This document shows, in pieces, positions 1-8,391 of a stretch of DNA of 36,680 nucleotides. Positions within the stretch are counted from its first letter, which is position 1; each line of letters opens with the position of its first letter. The DNA comes from a virus (lineage: Duplodnaviria > Caudoviricetes). The stretch is from the IMG/VR virus record IMGVR_UViG_3300043171_000189, positions 1 to 36,680 of that record, one strand, 5' to 3'. The notes under the pieces were generated by a model, which was not told the origin of the DNA, made no database searches, and saw only the letters and a list, made by a program, of their open reading frames with translations. Both the position numbers and the translations under genes were made by a program.

Positions 1-739
1 TTATGGATACAAAACCAAGATCAGCATCTTGAGTAGAACTAAAACGCTGAAGATTCTGAAGTGATGCCATGTAGAATTTCCAATACTCGTTATCCACAAT
101 GATCATATCCGGTCTATCCATACCACGAACAAGACTTGCCCAAATGGTATTAAAGTATTCCTGGATATTATCCTTAGTGGTAGCACCACCACCATCGGCA
201 ACAGCTTCAAACTTCTGGTTACGCCAGAAAGGAAAAGCAGCACGATCAATACCACCAACAGTACCGGTTGAAGGATCATCAGCAACCTGAAGAGCAAGAC
301 CAGTGATTTCTTTACCGCCAGAACCTGTACCATCAGAGTAAACACCCTGTGCAACAAGGTTGTTCATGGTTGATTCGGCAACCGAGATACGACCTTCCAT
401 AAGATCGATGATACGCTCTCGTCCGGCATTCTGAAGTTGCTCAAGGCCGGAGATAGTTACAGGAACAGCACACTGCTTGATGTCATAGTTTGCTGCAGAA
501 ATGACATCCTGAGCAGCAACAGGAAGAGTCTCATACCCTGAGTACCAACCTGCGTTTCCGTTTTCGGCAAAAGAGAGTTCTTCAACAATCTCATTACCAC
601 CGGAGAATTTTTTTACATTACCACGCTTCTTCAAACGAGAAAGAAGGGCATTGTTTTTGGTTACGTTATCGGCAATAACACCAGACCGACTTTGAATAGT
701 AGTTGCGATAATATCGCTATACGATGGATTTGCTCCCAT
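1..739 (-). CDS. Major capsid protein, N-terminal 246 codons (runs off the left edge, continues at the right edge)
   Basis: Not in the ORF track. Manual translation from ATG at 739 (GGAGG RBS upstream) gives MGANPSYSDIIATTIQSRSGVIADNVTKNNALLSRLKKRGNVKKFSGG...DADLGFVSI with no stop. It lies directly after the scaffold gene and resembles podophage major capsid proteins. Confidence 0.92.
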   Translation of the reverse strand, partial: MGANPSYSDIIATTIQSRSGVIADNVTKNNALLSRLKKRGNVKKFSGGNEIVEELSFAENGNAGWYSGYETLPVAAQDVISAANYDIKQCAVPVTISGLEQLQNAGRERIIDLMEGRISVAESTMNNLVAQGVYSDGTGSGGKEITGLALQVADDPSTGTVGGIDRAAFPFWRNQKFEAVADGGGATTKDNIQEYFNTIWASLVRGMDRPDMIIVDNEYWKFYMASLQNLQRFSSTQDADLGFVSI

Positions 740-900
740 TTAGGGCCTCCGTTTTGATGAATTATTTGGTTGTTTGCTAACCTTTTCATCCACAGGCTTC
801 GATGGTGTGTCCTTTCGAAAACGGTGCGGGACAGGGTTTTCATCTTCCATCACATGACCAATACCAAAGATTCCTTTGCTTATGGTTGAGATGTTAGTTG

Positions 901-2076
901 TCATACACGTTGTCCTCCGTTATCGAGTTGACTACTGATCAAACTGCGAAGATCGGTGTTTTGCGATGGGGGAGTGCCAACCGAAGTTGGATTACCGGAA
1001 ACGCTCACTGAAGCTCCTTTGGCTTTTTGAGCCTCTTGGTGGGCATTCAGTGCCAACTGAGTGTCGGCTTGTGCGGATTCTCGGGTATCCACTGCAGCAG
1101 CAGTCTTCCCATTAATTAAAGTAGCTTTATCATAAGCGTCTTTCAAGGAAATATCAACACCTCTTTTAGCCGACATTTCAATGATATCTGCCATATCTTC
1201 CCTTACATCATTAAAATAAGGGTAATTTGTAGCGTCAACAGCCAACCCTTCGACTGCTGCTATAACTTGATTTTGTCGTTCCTGGGCAACTTGTTGCTCA
1301 CGCTGACGTTGTTCATTCATATACTCGTTGACAGGTGCCATACGAGCATCAAGTGCACGATCAAAGTCGCTCTGCTGTTTGATTTCCGGTGACATTTCTC
1401 CACCAGAAAGAAGAGCATCAAGGGCATTAACATCAATACCAAAGTTTTGAATAATCTTGGCAACGATTTGTGCCTTGGTTGCAACATTCCCACTGGTCAA
1501 TGCTCGTTCCACGTTCAGAAGACCACTGACTGCCTGCATCGGATTTCCACCATAATTGGCTTGAATCATGTCCATGTGTGGTTGAAGAACCTCTGACACC
1601 TCACTGACACGTTTACGATCTAAGGCAGTGTCATTAAGAACCTGCTGAGTTTGCAACTCTCTGCGAGTAATCTCCTCTCTCGCTTTAGGTGGGAGATCGT
1701 TCCACAACTCCTTAGCATCTCCTTTCCAGGAAGCAGGGGCATTGACAAGTTTCTTTTCAGGTACAGGTGTTCGATCTTCAGCGTCAACAGGAGCATTTTC
1801 AGCAGGCACTTTGTCGAGTGTTTCACCAACAACCTCCTCAATACTTTTTGGCTTATCTCCCGAAGGAGCGTCCACACCCTTGGAAGGGTCATCGGCAACG
1901 GGTGTGGACGCATCCTGAGATGCTGTGGTCTCAGGAGTTTGTTGATCCGATGTTTCAATATTTGTTTCAGTCGGAGTCTCAACAGGTGTGGACTCAACAA
2001 CTGGTGTTTCTACAGCTACAGCAGCATCTACTTCATCTGCAGCAGCTTCTAAAGATTCTCTTAAACTATCACCCAT
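901..2076 (-). CDS. Capsid scaffolding protein
   Basis: 391 aa with an acidic low-complexity N-terminus, an APASWK...WNDLP...EEITRRE motif and a coiled coil; located between portal and capsid. Confidence 0.8.
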   Translation of the reverse strand: MGDSLRESLEAAADEVDAAVAVETPVVESTPVETPTETNIETSDQQTPETTASQDASTPVADDPSKGVDAPSGDKPKSIEEVVGETLDKVPAENAPVDAEDRTPVPEKKLVNAPASWKGDAKELWNDLPPKAREEITRRELQTQQVLNDTALDRKRVSEVSEVLQPHMDMIQANYGGNPMQAVSGLLNVERALTSGNVATKAQIVAKIIQNFGIDVNALDALLSGGEMSPEIKQQSDFDRALDARMAPVNEYMNEQRQREQQVAQERQNQVIAAVEGLAVDATNYPYFNDVREDMADIIEMSAKRGVDISLKDAYDKATLINGKTAAAVDTRESAQADTQLALNAHQEAQKAKGASVSVSGNPTSVGTPPSQNTDLRSLISSQLDNGGQRV

Positions 2077-2091
2077 GGTTCACCCCTCCGG

Positions 2092-2412
2092 TTATTTGTT
2101 ATATACTTGTCGCACTAACTCTTCTCTGATAGCAGCCCTATCAGGTTTATACTCTTCTACCGCATGTTTCGGTGGAAGTCCCTCTAATTCTCTTGTTGGA
2201 ACAACACCATGATCTTGACAGTGTTGTCTGTAGGCTTTTCTGCCCGAAACAACAGTACCATCGAGTGGTGAAACAAAAGATTTATAATCTTCGAGTACCA
2301 TCGCACTACGACCATAAGTTGTTGGCTTTTTGTTCAACGGTTCAACACCAGGGGGGAAATGTCCCTCCTGGTACAGCTTTTTATCATCACCAAAGACGAA
2401 TCTGGTTCTCAT
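2092..2412 (-). CDS. Conserved head-module protein of unknown function
   Basis: DYKSFVSPLDGTVVSGRKAYRQHCQDHGVV motif typical of small genes between portal and scaffold; start overlaps the portal stop. Confidence 0.7.
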   Translation of the reverse strand: MRTRFVFGDDKKLYQEGHFPPGVEPLNKKPTTYGRSAMVLEDYKSFVSPLDGTVVSGRKAYRQHCQDHGVVPTRELEGLPPKHAVEEYKPDRAAIREELVRQVYNK

Positions 2413-4460
2413 TACTCTCTCCCTTCCACAGGTTTACTGTTACTCAACATCATGTCGGTTTGCTTCTTGATAGCATCCATCATGTTCTGTTGCTTCTTGT
2501 TCTGCAGTTCCATATTATCCATCATTGCCTGATGGCGAAGGTCCATCTCATGAAGTTTTTGTTTGTATTGAATTTCTTCTTGCTTTTTGGCAGAATCCAT
2601 TTGGGCAGACTGTTGCTTGTTCTGCATATCCATCTGAGACTTCTGTTGTTCCATTTGCATCTTGATCTGCTCAGGTGTAGGAGGTGGAGGCTGATTCTTA
2701 GCCTGTTCTTCCTTCTGCTTGGCCTCAGCCATCATTTTTTCAATGGTTTGATCAATCATACCTTCTAACTCAGATGCACCTTTAAAGCCTGATATGGTGA
2801 ATTTAAGAGTATTCATCATGATTGGTGCAAAACCTGGTTGAGCTTGCATCATTGAAGCTGCAGATTGCATGAAGGTGGCAACAGCATTAATAAACTCAAC
2901 CTTCTCTTGCTTGAGCATTTGTTGATCTGCCATGGCAAGAGAGTCAGCTTGTACCTTTACTCTCCACTGAAACTTCTCGTACTCACCTTTGATGAGTTCT
3001 ACTGCTTGACCCATCAATGGCTGATTCTGTGCATCGAGATAATATTTGAAGTTCGATTGTTCTATGATTTGAGCAGGAGTGAAATGCTTACAGATGATCT
3101 CTGCTTTCATGTTCAAAATTTCTTGAGCAAAGAGTGCGATTTCATCTTGTTGTTTCTGGATTCGAACTGATGCGAACTGAGCTTTGATTTGTTGAGCACC
3201 GAGTGTTTCAGATGCCTTGGTGTTACCACGAACAATGTCGGAAATACCAGTGAGTTCATAAATCTGACCTTTGATGTCTTCCCTGGCCTGGCGAAGTTTC
3301 TCAAGTGCCTGAATGACCTCATTGAGAGGAATCCAATCTATAACACCTTTGATACCACCTTTTTCAGAGAACATTGCCCAATTTTCTACAGGAATAAGAG
3401 TATTATCCTCACCCTCTTCCAACATTCTACCAATCGATTTACTAGCAGATGAATCATAAACACCAACAACTTTACATGCCTTAACAAGCATTGAAATGCG
3501 GTTATTCACCTCATCTAACTCACCGTACTGATCCTGAAGCATAGCATAATCAGATTTAGGGATAACATTAGACGTAGTTTGGGTGGCGAATATTGGTCTC
3601 GGACAAGGGTCGAATGCGTCAAGACCAAGTGGGTCCTCTTTGACATCGAGTAACTTAGGGTAACCTTTGGTGATCCAAATAACTTCTTTTTTAACTCTGT
3701 CCCAAAGCTCATAAACAATAGCCTTTTCAACAATATTGTTTTCAGGAGAATCGTCATCATCCTCTTTGGCATTGTAGTCAAGTGAAATCTTTGCACCAAC
3801 TTCCTCACCAAAACGCTCTGTGAGGTCATCACGACCCATGTAGACTTTTCGTCCAACCCATCGTCTTTCTTCGTATGTGCGACATGGTGAAATGAGGAAA
3901 TCATTCCAATGAACATAATCAATGCAAACTTCCTGTCCGGTTATCTGCTCAAAAGTTGACGCTTCTTGGATCACTTCACCAGTGAGCTCATCAGTAATTT
4001 CCTCAAGAGTCATCTCTTCGGTTTCAGTTTCAAGGCGTAACCATGCATGGCCCCAACCAGGAACAAGGCGGTCCGTAATCGCATATTTCATAACCTGAGC
4101 GAAGTTACAGTTTTCATCCTCCATATCCTGCATCACAGAGTTCTGAATCATCATGGAGGCTACTCGGGCAACATCATCCATGTTCTGCCCAAAACGTCGC
4201 TCAACCGATACTTTAGGGATATTAGCAAACAAGGATGACTGCATGATGCCAATGTTCGTCCAAAACACATTGAACTTTTTAACACCTGAATCATTGTCTT
4301 TACGCTCGTCTTTGTAACGCTCGTAAACTGTGTTACCACCTTTAATAAAGTCCTCAAGCTCTTTCTCAGCCATGTTAACTTCAGTTATCCATCGCTTGTA
4401 TTTTTTCGCAGGGGATGTGTCGGAATCTTCCAATGATTGCAATTTGTTTGTGTCAGCCAT
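2412..4460 (-). CDS. Portal protein
   Basis: 682 aa directly after terL, with a long Gln/Met-rich C-terminal coiled coil (P22-like barrel) preceded by a PPPP linker. Confidence 0.88.
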   Translation of the reverse strand: MADTNKLQSLEDSDTSPAKKYKRWITEVNMAEKELEDFIKGGNTVYERYKDERKDNDSGVKKFNVFWTNIGIMQSSLFANIPKVSVERRFGQNMDDVARVASMMIQNSVMQDMEDENCNFAQVMKYAITDRLVPGWGHAWLRLETETEEMTLEEITDELTGEVIQEASTFEQITGQEVCIDYVHWNDFLISPCRTYEERRWVGRKVYMGRDDLTERFGEEVGAKISLDYNAKEDDDDSPENNIVEKAIVYELWDRVKKEVIWITKGYPKLLDVKEDPLGLDAFDPCPRPIFATQTTSNVIPKSDYAMLQDQYGELDEVNNRISMLVKACKVVGVYDSSASKSIGRMLEEGEDNTLIPVENWAMFSEKGGIKGVIDWIPLNEVIQALEKLRQAREDIKGQIYELTGISDIVRGNTKASETLGAQQIKAQFASVRIQKQQDEIALFAQEILNMKAEIICKHFTPAQIIEQSNFKYYLDAQNQPLMGQAVELIKGEYEKFQWRVKVQADSLAMADQQMLKQEKVEFINAVATFMQSAASMMQAQPGFAPIMMNTLKFTISGFKGASELEGMIDQTIEKMMAEAKQKEEQAKNQPPPPTPEQIKMQMEQQKSQMDMQNKQQSAQMDSAKKQEEIQYKQKLHEMDLRHQAMMDNMELQNKKQQNMMDAIKKQTDMMLSNSKPVEGRE

Positions 4461-4461
4461 G

Positions 4462-5961
4462 TTATACCCTTGCTACTCTTTGTTTAGGTTGAGAACCCCA
4501 CAATTCTTCCAAACACATCTCTTGTGTAGTCTTCAGAGGTTCATGCATTACAGGTGCATTTGGTATACTTATAACAGAAAGTCGCCTACCTATCAAGGAT
4601 AGTGTATCGACACCGTCATCCACGCCCTGCCCTGTAGCGTTGGGAAACAGGATAATCTCAGTGGTGAGCCACTTTGCCCATGGTGCATCCGCAGGCATGA
4701 ATATGAGTCCTCGTTTATACATACCTCGTAACGCAGCTGCCCTAGTTTCCTTATCTTGCCCACGCATGGGCATAGGTTTCCAGTTAACCGGTGTACCAGT
4801 ATTACGAGCTTCACTTGCAACAAGATGTACAAAGACCTTAGACGCATTATCATCATCGATTAACCACTCCACAGGTTTGTAGATTTTAGCAAGAGCAACA
4901 AGGTTCTTACTAGATTCATTAGGGTCAACTCTGTCACGTACCATCTCAATAATATCACAACTACCATCAGATGCAACAGCAAGTATTGCATGAACTGTGT
5001 AATCACCTGTATTGACCGATAATGCAATATCCGTCATACCGTATAGAACAGTGTTAGATGTGATCGTAGGGCTAGGCCTGAAGCGAATATCCTCGGTGTT
5101 TGCCCAGGCACCATCATCTGCAGGTGGCTCCTGCTGATACATTGTACGCCAGATGAAGTCATCACGCTTGAAGGTTCTCACCATCTGTGCTGTGTACCAC
5201 TCAGGCCACAGACGATCACCCTCTAGCCGACCAAGTGGATCAACAGCTGAATCCAAACACTCCATCTTGATATTTAACACTTTCAGTCTGCGTATCGGGT
5301 CTGCCTTATGCTGATCGATTATGTGACCGGCAAGGTCGTTACGGGCCAGACGCTGACAGATGAGCACAGTCTTGGCACCAGGCTTGAGCCGTGAGGTGTA
5401 ATCCGTATCGTACCAATCATGAATCTTTTTCAGCTGAGTGAGACTGTTCGCCTGCTCCCAACCAGATATCGGATCATCGATTACACCAAGGTCGCAACGT
5501 CTACCAAGAGCAGCACCTCCAACACCAACACCAAAGAACCCACCACCCTGTGTGGTCTCCCACTCAGCAGCTGCCCTGGTATCGGGTGATAGCTTCACAC
5601 CATCGGACGCAGCATCGAATGTAGGACTGTTTATGATGTTCCTCACCTTCTTACCCCATCGCTCCATCAAGGGGAAACTATGTGAGGCACCAAGGATAAC
5701 CTTGTCGGGATATTTACCAATGAAGTATGCAGGTAGTGCGATTGATGCGTAGGTGCTCTTAGCGGAGCCTGGTGGGGTGTTTATGATCAGATCGTCATAG
5801 TCATCAGCAAGTAACCTATCGATCTCGTAGCAGATGACCTTGTGGTGCAGTGCAGGGATTACTTCAAGAAACTCTTCAGCGAAGGTGGCAAGCGTGCTGA
5901 ATGAACGCTTCCTCCGATCAAGCTCCTTGAGGATTTTATCCATCTGAGGATTAGATGTCAT
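4462..5961 (-). CDS. terL: Terminase large subunit
   Basis: Walker A PPGSAKST, GVGVGG..GRR motif, Walker B VIDDP, and C-terminal nuclease acidic motifs (MTDIALS, DDGVD). Confidence 0.95.
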   Translation of the reverse strand: MTSNPQMDKILKELDRRKRSFSTLATFAEEFLEVIPALHHKVICYEIDRLLADDYDDLIINTPPGSAKSTYASIALPAYFIGKYPDKVILGASHSFPLMERWGKKVRNIINSPTFDAASDGVKLSPDTRAAAEWETTQGGGFFGVGVGGAALGRRCDLGVIDDPISGWEQANSLTQLKKIHDWYDTDYTSRLKPGAKTVLICQRLARNDLAGHIIDQHKADPIRRLKVLNIKMECLDSAVDPLGRLEGDRLWPEWYTAQMVRTFKRDDFIWRTMYQQEPPADDGAWANTEDIRFRPSPTITSNTVLYGMTDIALSVNTGDYTVHAILAVASDGSCDIIEMVRDRVDPNESSKNLVALAKIYKPVEWLIDDDNASKVFVHLVASEARNTGTPVNWKPMPMRGQDKETRAAALRGMYKRGLIFMPADAPWAKWLTTEIILFPNATGQGVDDGVDTLSLIGRRLSVISIPNAPVMHEPLKTTQEMCLEELWGSQPKQRVARV

Positions 5962-6161
5962 TTAGTACTAATCCTATCAACTCGTTGGTTGAGAATATGA
6001 AGGTAATGGTACATTGTAAAAAGTTGGTTTAATAATAAATCCCTATCTTTTCTATCAATCGCTACACAAGCAGGAGAGTCAAGAAATAACTCCAACTTTT
6101 CAACCTTATCTTGTAATTCATTCTTCTCATCAATTAATCGCTCTTCCCATGTTTCACTCAT
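5958..6161 (-). CDS. Small helical-hairpin protein, crAss001_48 / T4 Y16Q-like (candidate Sequestin-type sponge)
   Basis: Pattern R-x3-E-x2-EL-x2-K-x2-KL-x2-F ... LL-x2-Q-x3-M-x2-Y-x2-IL-x2-R recognised by eye; RBS-like GGAG upstream; stop overlaps terL start. Confidence 0.7.
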   Translation of the reverse strand: MSETWEERLIDEKNELQDKVEKLELFLDSPACVAIDRKDRDLLLNQLFTMYHYLHILNQRVDRISTK

Positions 6162-6198
6162 CGCTCATCTCCATTAAGGTTAAATGTTTTCAGTCGAA

Positions 6199-6744
6199 TT
6201 AGAGGTCATCCCCATCCTCCCCTAGACCAACACTGTCAGGGTCGATCCCTGCCTGCTCTATGTACATCTTCTTGAGGTCATCGCTTGATAGAGTCTTGAG
6301 CTTGTTGTCATCGAGACCATTAGAAGTAAGCTCGACATGCTTGTTGTTACCGTACTTCTTCTTGTTCCAACTCCCGGCTTTATACTTCAGCACCTCAAAG
6401 TTAAACTTCTGCTGATCAACTGCCATACCATCGTTCGTCATCTTATCGATGAGGTGGTCCATCTTATCCACCAGTATCTCAGCTGCAATCTCTTGAGCTT
6501 CACAGTACCGTTGATGTCTAAGCGGATTCTTCTTTATCCATCGAAGGAACCGAGCATAGTCAATATTCCTCGGATCGTTGCTGAGGATACTGGTCATAGG
6601 TGTTCCCGAAGCGATGTAGTCGAGGGCATACTCGAAGATGTGAGTGTACGTCATCTCACGCAGCTCCATCTCCGCTTTGCTTGTAGGGAACCTCGGCACT
6701 TTGGCAAGCGAGGTTGATATATCTAGTTCTTCAGGATTATTCAT
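6199..6744 (-). CDS. terS: Terminase small subunit (Sf6-like)
   Basis: N-terminal HTH (YIASGTPMTSIL...FLRWIKK), Y-x-EAQE helix and KYKAG..NKKKYG motif; upstream of terL. Confidence 0.8.
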   Translation of the reverse strand: MNNPEELDISTSLAKVPRFPTSKAEMELREMTYTHIFEYALDYIASGTPMTSILSNDPRNIDYARFLRWIKKNPLRHQRYCEAQEIAAEILVDKMDHLIDKMTNDGMAVDQQKFNFEVLKYKAGSWNKKKYGNNKHVELTSNGLDDNKLKTLSSDDLKKMYIEQAGIDPDSVGLGEDGDDL

Positions 6745-6978
6745 TTATTCACCACCAACCACATCATAATCGTCTGAGGATACGGTTGGATTGGTTGGTG
6801 CCGGTTTATCACACAACCATTCATCAGGTGATTCAAGATATACAGGGTCAACATCTTCGATAACAGCAAGTGCCAATATCATACCATTAGCCATACCGAA
6901 CATGTAAGGGTCATAGTTCCAATTACCATCACTTAATTGAGTTTTGATAAGGTCTTTGAGTTGTTCAGTTCTTTTCAT
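6745..6978 (-). CDS. Small conserved protein (Q-x3-GNWNYDPYM-x-GM-x-NG motif); candidate Lockin-like sponge
   Basis: First gene after the leftward promoter, abutting terS. The CDS is well supported; the family assignment is from recollection only. Confidence 0.6.
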   Translation of the reverse strand: MKRTEQLKDLIKTQLSDGNWNYDPYMFGMANGMILALAVIEDVDPVYLESPDEWLCDKPAPTNPTVSSDDYDVVGGE

Positions 6979-7028
6979 AATTTGTCACCCTTCCGAGGTT
7001 TATTGAGGCGTAGTATACTATATAATGT

Positions 7029-7057
7029 ACTGTAACCGATCTGTTGAATGGTGTCAA
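7029..7057 (-). promoter_or_regulatory. Sigma70-like leftward promoter for the packaging/structural block
   Basis: Minus strand TTGACA (7057-7052), 17 nt, TACAGT (7034-7029), about 50 nt upstream of the first late gene. Confidence 0.55.
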
Positions 7058-7169
7058 TTTCCCTTTAAGAGAGGTGAGGTGGTGGGGATGCTGCACAGTG
7101 GAGTATGGCACTAGAATATAATTAGTGCAGACATTAGGAGCGTTACATTAGAATCTTGTAAGTCGTTTC

Positions 7170-7252
7170 TGAGTATAATTTTGAAAATATGAGGGTGTAA
7201 AACAATGTAATGTATTGATATTTGAGTATAATTTTGAAAATATGTGGGTGTA
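7170..7252. repeat. 30-bp direct repeat pair
   Basis: TGAGTATAATTTTGAAAATATG(A/T)GGGTGTA at 7170-7199 and 7223-7252, 29/30 identical, 23-nt spacer. Confidence 0.95.
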
Positions 7253-7336
7253 GTATTGGCCCCTTACCGCACCCCCCACTCCGTTGACCCCGGGGGTGGT
7301 CTTCACCTTTTCACAATCCAGGTGTCACAGGGTGGT

Positions 7337-7407
7337 ATACCACAGCGTGGTGCTTCCATGAGTTTCCACCACAGAGTAGGATACCACAACGTGGTGCATC
7401 AATGAGT
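7337..7407. repeat. 27-bp imperfect direct repeat pair with internal dyad ACCAC-N3-GTGGT
   Basis: ATACCACAGCGTGGTGCTTCCATGAGT (7337-7363) and ATACCACAACGTGGTGCATCAATGAGT (7381-7407), 24/27 identical. Confidence 0.9.
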
Positions 7408-7841
7408 ATACACCTGCCGACCCTGCCTGCCACATTGTAGTGCCTCCGCAATGAAGCATCAACCAGGCACATCGATGTGATCCAGGCAGCAAACTGCACA
7501 ACTATCTCTTGTCAAATGGTAGCAGCTGCATCATGATCTTGTGTCGAATGATGATTGCAATACTTTAATGTGTTGTGCGGTAGGTGATATGGCAAGCGAT
7601 TGTTTTGTAGATCATGCTATTCGGCAATGCTTTGTTGTGTGTCAACATCGTAATGTGTAATGTCAAACAGGTTACAACATCATACTATCGATGGTAATGG
7701 TCTGATTAGCCTTTACGATATGCTTATTTCTCTATATTATATTATATATTTTGTATGAATAATCTATACACATATTACTCAAAGGGATATCGGAACTATC
7801 CACTATAAAGTTATACACAAAACAATTTAATGTAATAATAC

Positions 7842-7870
7842 TTGACATCATATTCTTGTACGTGTATAAC
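7842..7870 (+). promoter_or_regulatory. Strong sigma70-like early promoter
   Basis: TTGACA (7842-7847), 17 nt, TATAAC (7865-7870), with AT-rich upstream DNA, just before the first plus-strand ORF. Confidence 0.8.
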
Positions 7871-7909
7871 TAGAGGAACAAACAAACCCAAACCCAAAAG
7901 GTGCAGACA

Positions 7910-7999
7910 ATGACAATAGAACTCACAGACCTTGAAATACTCCAAGCACTCGCAGCTATCGATTATTTTACTAACCTTGTAAACCAGGAGAAAAACTAA
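7910..7999 (+). CDS. 29-aa first early peptide MTIELTDLEILQALAAIDYFTNLVNQEKN
   Basis: Manual translation; AAGGTG RBS upstream; fills the gap between the promoter and the 8001 gene. Confidence 0.5.
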   Translation: MTIELTDLEILQALAAIDYFTNLVNQEKN

Positions 8000-8000
8000 G

Positions 8001-8321
8001 ATGAAAAAGACAACCAAGAAAACAATGGCAATCACTAAGAGACTTTTATCCGGTAAGTTTAGTTCAGTATCAAACATGCGGAGTAGTGCTGGCAACGATG
8101 TACCTAATCAGTTTATTGTTTACACAGATCGTTCGAGAATCTTTCAATCATATAGTTCTGTAATATGTGTTGTCGGCAACGGTGTAACAATACTTGGCAG
8201 AGACTACGACTACTCAAACACCACAATGAAATATCTTTCGGCCTTTCTCGGTCATGGTGTTGCTGAAACAAGAGCACGTATTGATTCAGGTGAATATCTT
8301 TTTAACGATAATTTAAGATAA
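8001..8321 (+). CDS. Conserved early phage protein of unknown function
   Basis: AGGAG RBS; NQFI...FQSY-x-S-x-I...DYS-x-TT-x-KY...FLG motif familiar from phage early genes. Confidence 0.8.
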   Translation: MKKTTKKTMAITKRLLSGKFSSVSNMRSSAGNDVPNQFIVYTDRSRIFQSYSSVICVVGNGVTILGRDYDYSNTTMKYLSAFLGHGVAETRARIDSGEYLFNDNLR

Positions 8322-8391
8322 CTATTGAACTATAGCACCGAGTAGCTGACTATTTCACATACATTTAAAACCAAACCCAAAAAGGAACATC

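Noticed and set aside
1-7. TTATGGA as a prophage att core
   Set aside because: It lies inside the essential capsid gene and no integrase is present; a residual assembly overlap is simpler.
661-843. 60-aa ORF upstream of the capsid
   Set aside because: Overlaps the capsid start by about 80 nt in another frame and has no recognisable features.
7170-7252. Mini-CRISPR array
   Set aside because: Only two repeats, a 23-nt AT-rich spacer, no typical repeat terminus or dyad, and no cas operon. Kept as a plain repeat.
7311-7499. 62-aa minus-strand ORF in the control region
   Set aside because: No convincing RBS, atypical composition, overlaps the dyad repeats.
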